From Verticiella sediminum (GTDB lineage Bacteria; Pseudomonadota; Gammaproteobacteria; Burkholderiales; Burkholderiaceae_B), in the NCBI GenBank assembly GCA_040392445.1, contig JBEBVZ010000010.1, positions 9,686 to 73,685 on the forward strand: DNA of 64,000 nt, given 5' to 3'. Of the stretch, positions 1 through 10,603 are shown one piece after another. The notes beneath the pieces were generated by a model that searched no databases, was not told where the DNA came from, and saw only the letters and a program-made list of their open reading frames with translations. The first letter of the stretch is position 1, and every line of letters starts with the position of its first letter. The translations under genes and the position numbers were made by a program.

Positions 1-1602
<1,602 letters not shown>

Positions 1603-1635
1603 CGGCTGGTGGTGCCAGCCGCTAGGCTGCGTCGC

Positions 1636-2475
1636 CTAGCTGGTTTGCGGAAACACCACGCGCAAGGCTTCATGCGCCGCCGCCAGGCCCATGGCTGCCG
1701 TCACGGTGACGATGGAGCCATAGCCCGCGCAGGACAGCCCACCCTGCACGGGCTGCCCGCTTGCGACATCGCAGGCGTCGGGCAGGGCCGGCATGCGTAC
1801 CGGCTGGTCCACCCATAGCGCGCGCACCTGCATCTTGGGCACGCGCTTGAGCGCCTTGCCGCCGGCGGCCCCGGCGCGGGGATAACCATGATGGCGCCGC
1901 AGCTCGTTGCGGATGCGGGCCAGCAGGGCATCGTTGATCGCCTGCGACAGATCGCCGGCGCGCAAGGCCAGCGGGTCGGTCTTGCCGCCCGCGCCACCGC
2001 ACACCACCAGGGGAATATTGCGCCGGCGCGCATGCAGGATCATGGCCAGCTTGGCCTTGACCTGATCGGTGGCGTCGACGATGCCGGTATAGCTGCCGCC
2101 CAGCGTGGTCTCGATGTTGTCGGGTTCGACGAAATCATCCACCAGCGTAAGCTCGCAGCGCGGGTTGATGGCATGGATGCGGTCGGCCATGGCTTGCACC
2201 TTGGATAGGCCGAAGGTGGCGTCCAGGGCGTGTACCTGCCGGTTGACGTTCGACGGCGCGATATGGTCAAGATCGATCAGGGTAAGCGCCCCTACGCCGC
2301 TGCGGGCCAGCGCTTCGGCTGTCCACGAGCCCACGCCGCCCAGCCCTGCCACCGCGAAATGCGCCTGGCCCAGCGTAATGTTGGCATCCGCCCCGTGCAG
2401 CCGCCGCAAGCCACCAAAGCGTCTTTCGGTGTCGTCGTTGAGTGCCTCAATGGCCTGGATTTGGGGATCTTGCAT
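1636..2475 (-). CDS. tcdA: tRNA threonylcarbamoyladenosine dehydratase (ThiF/MoeB/HesA E1-like family)
   Basis: 279-aa ORF. Rossmann motif GLGGVGSW, then LIDLDHI..SNVNRQ. Collinear with E. coli TcdA/CsdL as I recall it. Confidence 0.8.
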   Translation of the reverse strand: MQDPQIQAIEALNDDTERRFGGLRRLHGADANITLGQAHFAVAGLGGVGSWTAEALARSGVGALTLIDLDHIAPSNVNRQVHALDATFGLSKVQAMADRIHAINPRCELTLVDDFVEPDNIETTLGGSYTGIVDATDQVKAKLAMILHARRRNIPLVVCGGAGGKTDPLALRAGDLSQAINDALLARIRNELRRHHGYPRAGAAGGKALKRVPKMQVRALWVDQPVRMPALPDACDVASGQPVQGGLSCAGYGSIVTVTAAMGLAAAHEALRVVFPQTS

Positions 2476-2596
2476 AGAATTTTCCGATAAACAGCAACAA
2501 CTTTGCCCTAACTGGCGACATTCCCGCGCGTGGCAAGTTTTGCGCTAGCGCCGCATTCGGGTATGCTAACCCTTTCTTAACCTGTCCTAGCGGACG

Positions 2597-3454
2597 ATGT
2601 CAGACCCCTACCCTGCTGACGCGCACACTGCTGCGCGCACCCAAAAGTCCCCTCATAAATCGCTGTTTGAAAGGCTTTCCGCCTTGATTCGGCGGGAACC
2701 GGAAGATCGTGACGAACTCCGGGCGGTACTCGAAGACGCCCACGAACGCGATTTGCTGGATGCCGATGCCTACGCCATGATAGGCGGGGCCCTGGCGGTG
2801 TCCGAGCTTGTTGCCGGCGATGTCATGGTGCCTCGTTCCCGTATCGATGCCCTGGATATCGGCCGGCCGCTTACCGAGCTGCTGCCGTTCGTGATAGAAG
2901 CCGCCCACTCGCGGTTTCCTGTCTACGAAGATTCCCGCGACAACATCATCGGCATCCTGCTGGCCAAGGATCTCTTGCGCTGCATGCTCGACCCCAGCGT
3001 CGAATTGCGCAACCTGGTGCGGCCCGCGGTCTTCATTCCCGAATCCAAGCGATTGAACGTGTTGCTGCGCGAGTTTCGCGTCAACCGCAATCACCTGGTG
3101 ATCGTCGTCGATGAACACGGCGGCGTGGCCGGTCTGGTCACCATGGAGAACGTGCTCGAGCAAATCGTTGGCGACATCGAGGACGAGTACGACGAAGACG
3201 CCGAGCAGACCATATTCCCGGACGGCGCCAACCGCTGGCGGGTCATGGCCTCGACCGATATCGATCGTTTCAACGAAGCCTTCGCCAGCGACCTGGAAAC
3301 CGACGAGTACGACACCGTGGGCGGCTGGCTGGCCGATGCGCTGGATCATATCCCGCGCCGAGGCGACTCGATCGAACGCGGCAACCTGCTCATCCAGGTC
3401 GTGCGCGCCGATGCGCGCCGCGCCCTCTGGCTCAGCGTCGAATCCCGCACGTGA
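2597..3454 (+). CDS. corC: Mg/Co efflux-associated CBS-domain protein CorC (YbeX family)
   Basis: 285 aa. CBS pair (VMVPRSRI.., IGILLAKDLL) followed by a CorC/HlyC C-terminal domain. Lies directly upstream of lnt, as in the conserved ybeX-lnt arrangement. Confidence 0.85.
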   Translation: MSDPYPADAHTAARTQKSPHKSLFERLSALIRREPEDRDELRAVLEDAHERDLLDADAYAMIGGALAVSELVAGDVMVPRSRIDALDIGRPLTELLPFVIEAAHSRFPVYEDSRDNIIGILLAKDLLRCMLDPSVELRNLVRPAVFIPESKRLNVLLREFRVNRNHLVIVVDEHGGVAGLVTMENVLEQIVGDIEDEYDEDAEQTIFPDGANRWRVMASTDIDRFNEAFASDLETDEYDTVGGWLADALDHIPRRGDSIERGNLLIQVVRADARRALWLSVESRT

Positions 3455-5055
3455 TGCGCTGGCTCCTGCTGGTACTGGCAGGTGGCCTGCATGCCCTGGC
3501 GTTTGCGCCGGGCCCCTTGCCCGCGGGCTTGCTGGCGCTGGTGCAGACCCTCTCGATGGCAGTGCTGGCCGGCGCCGTCTGGCGTGCGTCCAGCGTGCGC
3601 GCGGCGGCGTTGGCCGGGTTTGGTTTTGGCCTGGGCACCTTCGCGCTGGGCTTGTACTGGATCTTCATCAGCCTGCATGTCTACGGCTACATGGCGAGCT
3701 GGCTGGCGGCCACCGCCGTGCTGCTGTTTGCCGCGCTGTTGGCGCTCTTTCCAGCCCTGGCCGCGGGCCTGGCCCGCCGGTTGGCCGGCCCACTGGCGCC
3801 GGCTTGGTGCTTTCTGCCGGTATGGGCCGGCGCCTGGGCGGGGTCCGAATGGCTGCGCGGCACGGTGTTCACCGGCTTTGCCTGGCTGAATGCCGGCTAC
3901 GGCCATGTCGATAGTGTGCTGGCAGGCTGGGCGCCCTTGCTGGGTGTGTATGGCGTGGCTTTCATGGCGGCTCTGGTGGCCGCGGCGCTGGCTGCAGTCG
4001 TGTTGCGGCCCCGGCGCGACCGTATCGTCGCCATGCTGGCGGGCGCCGTGGTCGTCCTGGCCGGCGTGGGCCTGCAGCAGTTGCGCTGGGGCGTGCAGCC
4101 TTACGGTGAACCGATAGCCGTGCGCCTGGTGCAGGGCAACGTCGGCCAATCGAACAAGTTCGACCCGGCCATGATCGTGGCGGCGCTGGACATGCATCTG
4201 CGGCTGGCGGCGCAGGCGCCGGCTGATCCGGAGTTTGCCCCCGACCTGGTCCTATTGCCCGAAACCGCCGTGCCCTTGTTCCAGGACCAATTGCCCGAGC
4301 ATCTGTGGCAACCCTGGATAGACGTTGCCCAGGGCTGGAACACCACGCTGGTCACCGGCGTCGCCCTGCACACGCCGGGCCCGGACGGTACATCGGCTTT
4401 CACCAACAGTGTCATCGGCCTGACGGGCCAGACCACGGCGCAGGATCTTATCAACGCGCGCGTGCCGTATCGCTACGACAAGGCGCACCTGGTGCCCTTC
4501 GGCGAGTTCGTGCCACTGGGATTCCGCTGGTTCGTGGACGCCATGGTGATACCGCTGGGCGACTTCAATCGGGGCGCACCGCGCCAGCCGCCCTTTCAGA
4601 TCGCCGGGCAGCGCATAGCCTTCAATATCTGCTACGAAGACGTATTCGGCGAAGAACTGCTGCCGGCCCTGCGCAATGGCCCCGACGGCGAGCCGGGAGC
4701 CACTATCCTGGCCAACGTCAGCAATCTGGGCTGGTTCGGCAATTCCTGGGCGTTATCGCAACATCTGCAGATTGCCCGCATGCGTTCCATGGAAACTGCC
4801 AGGCCCAGCATCCGCGCTACCAACACCGGGGCCACGGCGGCCATCGATGCGCGCGGCAGGGTGCAGGCCAGCCTGGCCACCCATACGGCAGGCGTGCTCG
4901 ACACGTCGGTACAGGGCATGACCGGCTTGACGCCATATGCTCGCTGGGGCAATGCGGCCGCGCTGGTTTTGATCGTGCTGGCTCTGGCCTGCGCCTGGTT
5001 CGTACGTGGGCGGCCAGGCAGGCCCGGCCAGGAGAGGCCCGACCAAGAGGCCTAA
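3451..5055 (+). CDS. lnt: apolipoprotein N-acyltransferase
   Basis: Multi-TM N-terminal half plus a CN-hydrolase domain (VQGNV.., FNICYEDVF with the catalytic Cys). GTG 3451 or ATG 3454 overlaps the corC stop (GTGATG). Confidence 0.9.
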   Translation: MMRWLLLVLAGGLHALAFAPGPLPAGLLALVQTLSMAVLAGAVWRASSVRAAALAGFGFGLGTFALGLYWIFISLHVYGYMASWLAATAVLLFAALLALFPALAAGLARRLAGPLAPAWCFLPVWAGAWAGSEWLRGTVFTGFAWLNAGYGHVDSVLAGWAPLLGVYGVAFMAALVAAALAAVVLRPRRDRIVAMLAGAVVVLAGVGLQQLRWGVQPYGEPIAVRLVQGNVGQSNKFDPAMIVAALDMHLRLAAQAPADPEFAPDLVLLPETAVPLFQDQLPEHLWQPWIDVAQGWNTTLVTGVALHTPGPDGTSAFTNSVIGLTGQTTAQDLINARVPYRYDKAHLVPFGEFVPLGFRWFVDAMVIPLGDFNRGAPRQPPFQIAGQRIAFNICYEDVFGEELLPALRNGPDGEPGATILANVSNLGWFGNSWALSQHLQIARMRSMETARPSIRATNTGATAAIDARGRVQASLATHTAGVLDTSVQGMTGLTPYARWGNAAALVLIVLALACAWFVRGRPGRPGQERPDQEA

Positions 5056-5113
5056 CGAGGCTTGAGCCGCAGACCGGACAGGGCCCCGGCAAAACAACCG
5101 GGGCCTGTCGGCT

Positions 5114-6625
5114 TTAGCGCAGGAACAGCTTATAGGCGGGGTTCTGGGTTTCGTCCCAGTAGCGATAGCCCAGGGTGGCCAGGAACTCGTTGAACACGCT
5201 CTTGCCCGATGGCGGCACCTGGATGCCGACCAGGATGCGGCCATAGTCGGAACCCTGGTTGCGGTAGTGGAACAGGCTGATGTTCCATTCGGGCGCCAGG
5301 CAATCCAGGAAACGCATCAGTGCGCCTGGGCGTTCGGGGAATTCAAAGCGGTACAGCAGCTCGTTGTCGGCTGCCGAAGAACGGCCCCCCACCAGATGGC
5401 GCAGGTGGGTCTTGGCCATTTCGTCGTGGGTGAGATCCACCGTGGCGAAATGGTGGCGCCGGAAATTGGCCGCGATCTTGCCGGACTCGCCATTCGCGCT
5501 GACCTGCAAGCCCACGAAGACGTGCGCCTGCTCGCTTTCCGACATGCGGTAGTTGAACTCGGTGACGTTGCGCTCGCCCACCAGGCGGCACAGCCGACGG
5601 AAGCTGCCCCGCTCTTCGGGCATGCTGACGGCGAACACCGCTTCGCGATCCTGGCCGACATCGGCCCGATCGGCGACGAAGCCCAGGCGGTCGAAATTCA
5701 TGTTCGCGCCGCTGGCGATGGCCACCACCGTTTTGCCCTTCCAGCGTTTTTGCGCCAGGTACTTCTTGGCGCCGGCTATCGCCAGGGCGCCAGCCGGCTC
5801 GAGCACGCTGCGGGTGTCCTGGAAGACGTCCTTGATGGCCGCGCAGATGGCATCGGTGTCCACGGTGACGAAATCGTCGACGAACTTGCGCGTCAGGCGA
5901 AAGGTTTCCTCGCCGACCAGCTTGACCGCCGTGCCATCCGAAAACAGGCCGACGTCCGACAGCGTGACACGGCGGCCGGCGCGCACGCTGCGCACCATGG
6001 CATCGGAATCCTCGGTTTGCACGCCAATGACCTTGACGTCGGGACGCAGCTGCTTGATATAGGTGGCCACGCCCGCGATCAGCCCGCCGCCGCCGATGGC
6101 CACGAAGACGGCATCGAGCGGGCCGGTATGCTGGCGCAGGATTTCCATGCCCACGGTGCCCGCGCCGGCGATCACGTCCGGATCATCGAAGGGGTGGACG
6201 AAGGTCAGTTTTTCCGATTTTTCGAGTTCCTGGGCCTTGCCGTAGGCATCGGTGAAGCTGTCGCCATGCAGCACGACTTCGGCGCCGCGTGCGCGCACCG
6301 CATCGATTTTGACTTGCGGCGTGGTGACGGGCATGACAATGACGGCCCGGCAGCCCAGGCGCTGGGCCGACAGGGCAACGCCTTGCGCATGATTGCCGGC
6401 GGATGCGGCCAGCACGCCGCGCGCGCGGGCGCGGGGCGTGAGATTGACCATCTTGTTATAGGCGCCGCGCAACTTGAAACTGAACACCTCCTGGGCGTCT
6501 TCGCGTTTCAGCAGGAAGTTGTTGTGCGTGCGGTGAGACAGCAGCGGTGCGGGTTCCAGCGGTGATTCGCAGGCAACATCGTAGACCCGGGCTGTAAGAA
6601 TACGCTTGAGATAGTCGGTCGGCAT
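5114..6625 (-). CDS. ilvA: biosynthetic threonine ammonia-lyase (threonine dehydratase)
   Basis: Start moved to ATG 6625 (MPTDYLKRIL). PLP-Lys motif FSFKLRGAYN and two C-terminal regulatory (ACT-like) repeats. The upstream 118 codons of the 621-aa ORF call look non-coding. Confidence 0.9.
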   Translation of the reverse strand: MPTDYLKRILTARVYDVACESPLEPAPLLSHRTHNNFLLKREDAQEVFSFKLRGAYNKMVNLTPRARARGVLAASAGNHAQGVALSAQRLGCRAVIVMPVTTPQVKIDAVRARGAEVVLHGDSFTDAYGKAQELEKSEKLTFVHPFDDPDVIAGAGTVGMEILRQHTGPLDAVFVAIGGGGLIAGVATYIKQLRPDVKVIGVQTEDSDAMVRSVRAGRRVTLSDVGLFSDGTAVKLVGEETFRLTRKFVDDFVTVDTDAICAAIKDVFQDTRSVLEPAGALAIAGAKKYLAQKRWKGKTVVAIASGANMNFDRLGFVADRADVGQDREAVFAVSMPEERGSFRRLCRLVGERNVTEFNYRMSESEQAHVFVGLQVSANGESGKIAANFRRHHFATVDLTHDEMAKTHLRHLVGGRSSAADNELLYRFEFPERPGALMRFLDCLAPEWNISLFHYRNQGSDYGRILVGIQVPPSGKSVFNEFLATLGYRYWDETQNPAYKLFLR

Positions 6626-6714
6626 GATCTTGCAATCATAACGCCTGCCGACACCTGCTGAAGAGCTTGCGGCGGGTATTTCCAGGGCGATTGCCCTGGA
6701 AATCGGGATATTCC

Positions 6715-7950
6715 TCAGGCGATTGCGCGCATTTTTTCGGGCAGCACCTGGGCCAGGGCCTGTGCCAGCAACTGCACGCCTTGCGTGATGCGTTCCGGTG
6801 TGGCCGTCACGAACGAGAGGCGCAGCGTGTTGGGCTGGGTCTCGTTGGCAAAGAAGGCGGCGCCCGGCACAAAGGCCACGCCCAGGTCCACGGCCTGTGG
6901 CAGCAGCGCCAGGGCGTCCACGCCCGCCGGCAGTTGCACCCAGAAGAACATGCCGCCGGTCGGCGTCACCCAGTGGCAATCAGCCGGCATATAGCGTTCC
7001 AGCGCCGCGCGCATGGCGTCACGCTGGGCGGCGTAGCGGGCGCGGATCGTGGGTACGTGCTGGTCCAGGAAACCATTGCGTATCACTTCGTGCACCAGGC
7101 GCTGGTTGAATCCGGGGGTGTGCAGGTCGGCGGCCTGCTTGGCCTGCAGCAGCTTGGGGTAGACGGGGGTAGGAGCCACCATGTAGCCCAGGCGCAGTCC
7201 GGGCGCCAGCACCTTGGAGAACGACCCCAGGTAGATGGTGTTGTCCGGGTCCAGTGCCGCGAGCGGGGCGGGCGGGGCCTGGTCGAACCAGAGGTCGCCA
7301 TAGGGGTTGTCTTCCACCAGTGGCAAACCCCGGCTCGTGGCGATGGCGGCAATGGCCTGGCGGCGCTCGGCGCTCATGCAGCGGCCGCTTGGATTCTGGA
7401 AGTTGGGCAGCACATAGAAGAAGCGGGCCTTGTCGGCGCCATGGCCCACGCACTCGGCCAGCGCCTCGGGCAACGGGCCACCGTCATCAGAGGCCACCGA
7501 GTCGACTACCGGCTCGAATGGCGCGAAGGCCTGCAGTGCGCCCAGGTAGGTCGGCGTCTCGACCAGCAGGCGGCTGCCTTCGTCGATCAGCAGTTTGCCG
7601 ACCAGGTCCAGCCCCTGCTGCGACCCGGTGGTGATCAGCACCTGCTCCGCGTCCACTCGCATACCCTGCGACCCCAGCTGTTGAGCGACCCAGTCGCGCA
7701 AGGGGCCATAGCCCTCGCTGGCGGCATACTGCAGCGCTTCGTGCGCGCTGTTGGCCAGCACGCGGTCGGTCGCCTCGCGCATGGCTTGCACCGGGAAGGT
7801 CTCGGGGGCGGGCAGTCCGCCGGCCAGTGAAATGATGCCGGGGCGCTCGGTAACCTTGAGTATTTCGCGAATGATGGAAGGATTCATTCGTTCGGAGCGG
7901 CGGGCCAGCCGCCACGGGGACGCTGCGCTAGATTGAGCGGGCGTAGTCAT
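6715..7950 (-). CDS. PLP-dependent aminotransferase, class I/II (2-aminoadipate/MocR-catalytic-domain-like, no HTH)
   Basis: Motifs IISLAGGLP, ITTGSQQGLDL and SFSKVLAPGLRLGY (PLP Lys). ATG 7950 is preceded by AGGAGA 8 nt upstream; ATG 7992 is an alternative start. Confidence 0.8.
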   Translation of the reverse strand: MTTPAQSSAASPWRLARRSERMNPSIIREILKVTERPGIISLAGGLPAPETFPVQAMREATDRVLANSAHEALQYAASEGYGPLRDWVAQQLGSQGMRVDAEQVLITTGSQQGLDLVGKLLIDEGSRLLVETPTYLGALQAFAPFEPVVDSVASDDGGPLPEALAECVGHGADKARFFYVLPNFQNPSGRCMSAERRQAIAAIATSRGLPLVEDNPYGDLWFDQAPPAPLAALDPDNTIYLGSFSKVLAPGLRLGYMVAPTPVYPKLLQAKQAADLHTPGFNQRLVHEVIRNGFLDQHVPTIRARYAAQRDAMRAALERYMPADCHWVTPTGGMFFWVQLPAGVDALALLPQAVDLGVAFVPGAAFFANETQPNTLRLSFVTATPERITQGVQLLAQALAQVLPEKMRAIA

Positions 7951-8135
7951 TCGGGGTTCTCCTGGGGGAATCTGGGCAGATAGGGGGGACAAAGTCTGAT
8001 GGGCGACTTTACCTTACATTGCGCCCGTCAGCGCCACGCCAAGTGGGACAGCCAAGCGCGGGCGACGCATACCGCATTGTCCGCCTTCCTGGCAGGGTGC
8101 GATCGTCCGGGGGGATTTCGCCTAAACTTGCGGCC

Positions 8136-8675
8136 ATGGAAGTCTGGTTGCAATCCTCTGTTAGCTGGCTGCTTGCCACCCTGGCATTGCCAGGCATAGG
8201 CCTGCCCGCGATTTTCCTGGTCGCCACGGTGTCGGCCACTTTGCTGCCCATGGGCTCCGAGCCCGCGGTGTTCGCCTACGTGAAGCTTGCGCCGGACATG
8301 TTCTGGCCCGCGGTGCTGGTGGCCACGGCAGGCAATACCCTGGGCGGCGCCATCAGCTACCTGCTGGGCCGAGGCGCCTGGGATGCGATACGCGTATGGC
8401 GCCGGCGACGCCAAGCGCATACCGCATCGACGGCCGGGGTAGCGCTGCCACCCTCCCAGCCGACCCGCTGGCAACGCTATGCCAATGCCGTTCTTGACCG
8501 TATGGGCCCGCCTGCGATGTTGTTGACCTGGCTGCCGGCGGTTGGTGATCCTTTGTGCGCGCTGGCAGGCTGGCGTCGCTTTCCTTTCTGGCCCAGCATG
8601 TTCTATATGGCGATCGGCAAGTTTGCCCGTTATGTCGTCATGACTGCCGGCCTGCTTTGGGTATTTCCATCATGA
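8136..8675 (+). CDS. YqaA/DedA-related inner-membrane protein
   Basis: Start at ATG 8136 (MEVWLQSS). Hydrophobic protein with LLPMGSEP and AGNTLGGAISY motifs typical of the YqaA family. The stop overlaps the next gene's start (ATGA). Confidence 0.7.
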   Translation: MEVWLQSSVSWLLATLALPGIGLPAIFLVATVSATLLPMGSEPAVFAYVKLAPDMFWPAVLVATAGNTLGGAISYLLGRGAWDAIRVWRRRRQAHTASTAGVALPPSQPTRWQRYANAVLDRMGPPAMLLTWLPAVGDPLCALAGWRRFPFWPSMFYMAIGKFARYVVMTAGLLWVFPS

Positions 8676-9166
8676 ATACTGACATCGGAAAGCCGCCAGC
8701 TACGGCGGCCATGGGTTCGGCTGTGTCTGTCTGCGCTTTGTGCGAGACGGCAGGCGGCGAACTGATATGGACCGGCCAGGACCTGCGGGTCGTGCTGGTG
8801 GACGACCCCGCCTATCCGGGCTTTACCCGCGTGATCTGCCGCGATCACGTGGCCGAGATGACTGATCTGGCCGAGCCCAAGCGCGCGGCCATGATGGCGG
8901 CCGTGTGGGCGGTCGAGTCCGCGCAGCGCGCGGTACTGGCCCCGCACAAAGTCAACCTGGCGTCGCTGGGCAATATGGTGCCGCATATGCATTGGCATGT
9001 GATTCCGCGCTGGCGCGACGACGCCTGCTTTCCCGACGCCATCTGGGCGCCGGTGCGTCGCGGCGATGGCAGCCTGGGCGACGGCGCCGGGCGTGCCCGC
9101 GCCTTGCTGGCCGATTATGTGCAGGCGCTGCGAACGGCGCTGGACGAAATTTTTCCAGGAGATTGA
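8672..9166 (+). CDS. HIT-family nucleotide hydrolase/transferase
   Basis: Histidine triad HMHWHVIPR near the C-terminus and an N-terminal CxxC (CALCE). Start ATG 8672 overlaps the upstream stop. Confidence 0.8.
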   Translation: MNTDIGKPPATAAMGSAVSVCALCETAGGELIWTGQDLRVVLVDDPAYPGFTRVICRDHVAEMTDLAEPKRAAMMAAVWAVESAQRAVLAPHKVNLASLGNMVPHMHWHVIPRWRDDACFPDAIWAPVRRGDGSLGDGAGRARALLADYVQALRTALDEIFPGD

Positions 9167-9167
9167 T

Positions 9168-9527
9168 ATGGCGGATACCCGCGTCTATGGGTTGACTCGT
9201 TGCGACACTTGCGTGAAGGCGCGTAAATGGCTGGATGCCAACGGGCTGGCGTACGAATTCGTGGATTACCGCGAGCATCCGGTGGATGCCGCCACCCTGG
9301 CGGCCTGGGCCGGCGTGCTGGGTGGCTGGGAAAAGTTGGTGAATCGTGCTTCCACTACCTGGCGCAATCTGTCCGAAGACGCCCGCAGCCCGGCCGACGC
9401 CAGCGCCTGGCAGGCCTTGGTCCAGGCCAATCCCACGCTGGTCAAGCGGCCGGTTCTGGTCACGGCGGACGGCGCGGTCAGCGTGGGTTTCAAGGACAAG
9501 ACCTGGGCCGAGCGCTTCGGCAAGTAG
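9168..9527 (+). CDS. ArsC/Spx-family thiol reductase-like protein (YffB-type)
   Basis: MADTRVYGLTRCDTCVKARKWL.. with the single N-terminal Cys motif, then TTWRNL and LVKRPVL. Collinear with E. coli YffB as recalled. The start is 1 nt after the HIT gene stop. Confidence 0.8.
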   Translation: MADTRVYGLTRCDTCVKARKWLDANGLAYEFVDYREHPVDAATLAAWAGVLGGWEKLVNRASTTWRNLSEDARSPADASAWQALVQANPTLVKRPVLVTADGAVSVGFKDKTWAERFGK

Positions 9528-9675
9528 CAGACAGACCACCCGCCATGCCGCGCCGCTGGCGCAAACCCTACGGGTTTTCGGGTCATGACACCACCGGCCG
9601 GTCGTTATACGATGGTCTGGCAGCCGCAGGCCTTGCGGCTGCCAGACAATAACGACTAAACGGAGACACGTCCCG

Positions 9676-10533
9676 ATGGCCATTTACTCTTGTATCGCAG
9701 TCAGTCCGACACCTTCCGGTTTTGGCGCAAGCCTTACCGGCCTGGACCTGAGCCAGCCCCTGCCAGACGAGCAGCTTGCCGAAGTTCGCCGCGCATGGAC
9801 CGAGCATTCGGTGGTGTGTTTTCCGGACCAGGTCTTGCGGCACGAAGAGCTCGAGCGTTTCACGCTGCAGATGGGCCCTTTCGGGGTCGACCCCTTCATC
9901 AAGCCGATGGCTGACCACCCGCACGTGTTGGAATTGCGTCGTGAGGCTGACGAGACGGCGCGAAATTTCGGTGCGGCATGGCACTCGGACTGGAGCTTTC
10001 AGGAATGTCCGCCGTCGGCCACCATCCTGCATTCCAAGGTGACGCCGCCCGTTGGCGGCGATACGCTGTTCGCCGACTGTTACCGGGCCTATGAAGCGCT
10101 GTCCGCGCCGATGCGCAACTTCCTGGATGGGCTGAGCGCCGTCCATACCGCTGCAAAGCCCTACGGGCGCTCCGGTTCCTTTGCCAAGGAAACGCAGAAG
10201 CGTTCGATGCAGATCGTGGTCAGCGAAGAGGCCGAGAAAACCCGCTTGCATCCTGTGGTGCGCACGCACCCGGTCAGCGGTCGGCGCGCCCTGTATGTCA
10301 GCCCTACCTACACCCTGGGCATCCAGGGCCTGAGCCAGGCCGAGTCCGATAGCATCCTGGCGTTCCTGTATGAGCATGCGACGCAGGACGAGTTCGTCTA
10401 CCGCCATCGCTGGCAGCCCAACATGCTGACCATGTGGGACAACCGCTGTACCCTGCACAATGCCGAGGGCGGCTACGACGGGCACCAGCGCATCATGCAC
10501 CGCACCACGGTCGCGGGCGAGCAGCCGGTTTAA
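9676..10533 (+). CDS. TauD/TfdA-family Fe(II)/2-oxoglutarate dioxygenase
   Basis: 285 aa. WHSDWSF (His-x-Asp facial triad), distal H in GYDGHQRIMHR, and a Thr/Arg 2-OG binding region. Confidence 0.85.
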   Translation: MAIYSCIAVSPTPSGFGASLTGLDLSQPLPDEQLAEVRRAWTEHSVVCFPDQVLRHEELERFTLQMGPFGVDPFIKPMADHPHVLELRREADETARNFGAAWHSDWSFQECPPSATILHSKVTPPVGGDTLFADCYRAYEALSAPMRNFLDGLSAVHTAAKPYGRSGSFAKETQKRSMQIVVSEEAEKTRLHPVVRTHPVSGRRALYVSPTYTLGIQGLSQAESDSILAFLYEHATQDEFVYRHRWQPNMLTMWDNRCTLHNAEGGYDGHQRIMHRTTVAGEQPV

Positions 10534-10554
10534 GCGCTGGCGCGACGAAAACGC

Positions 10555-10586
10555 AAGAGGCCTGGCGTACGAGCCAGGCCTCTTGG
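10555..10586. terminator. bidirectional hairpin between convergent tauD-like gene and serA
   Basis: Perfect 13-bp stem CAAGAGGCCTGGC / GCCAGGCCTCTTG with a 6-nt loop. Confidence 0.6.
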
Positions 10587-10603
10587 GTCTTGCGCGGGAA
10601 AGC

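Noticed and set aside
6626-6979. 118-codon N-terminal extension of the ilvA ORF call
   Set aside because: The extension overlaps the 3' end of the aminotransferase gene, is Arg/Gly/Ala-rich, and precedes a canonical IlvA N-terminus (MPTDYLKRIL) that starts at ATG 6625.
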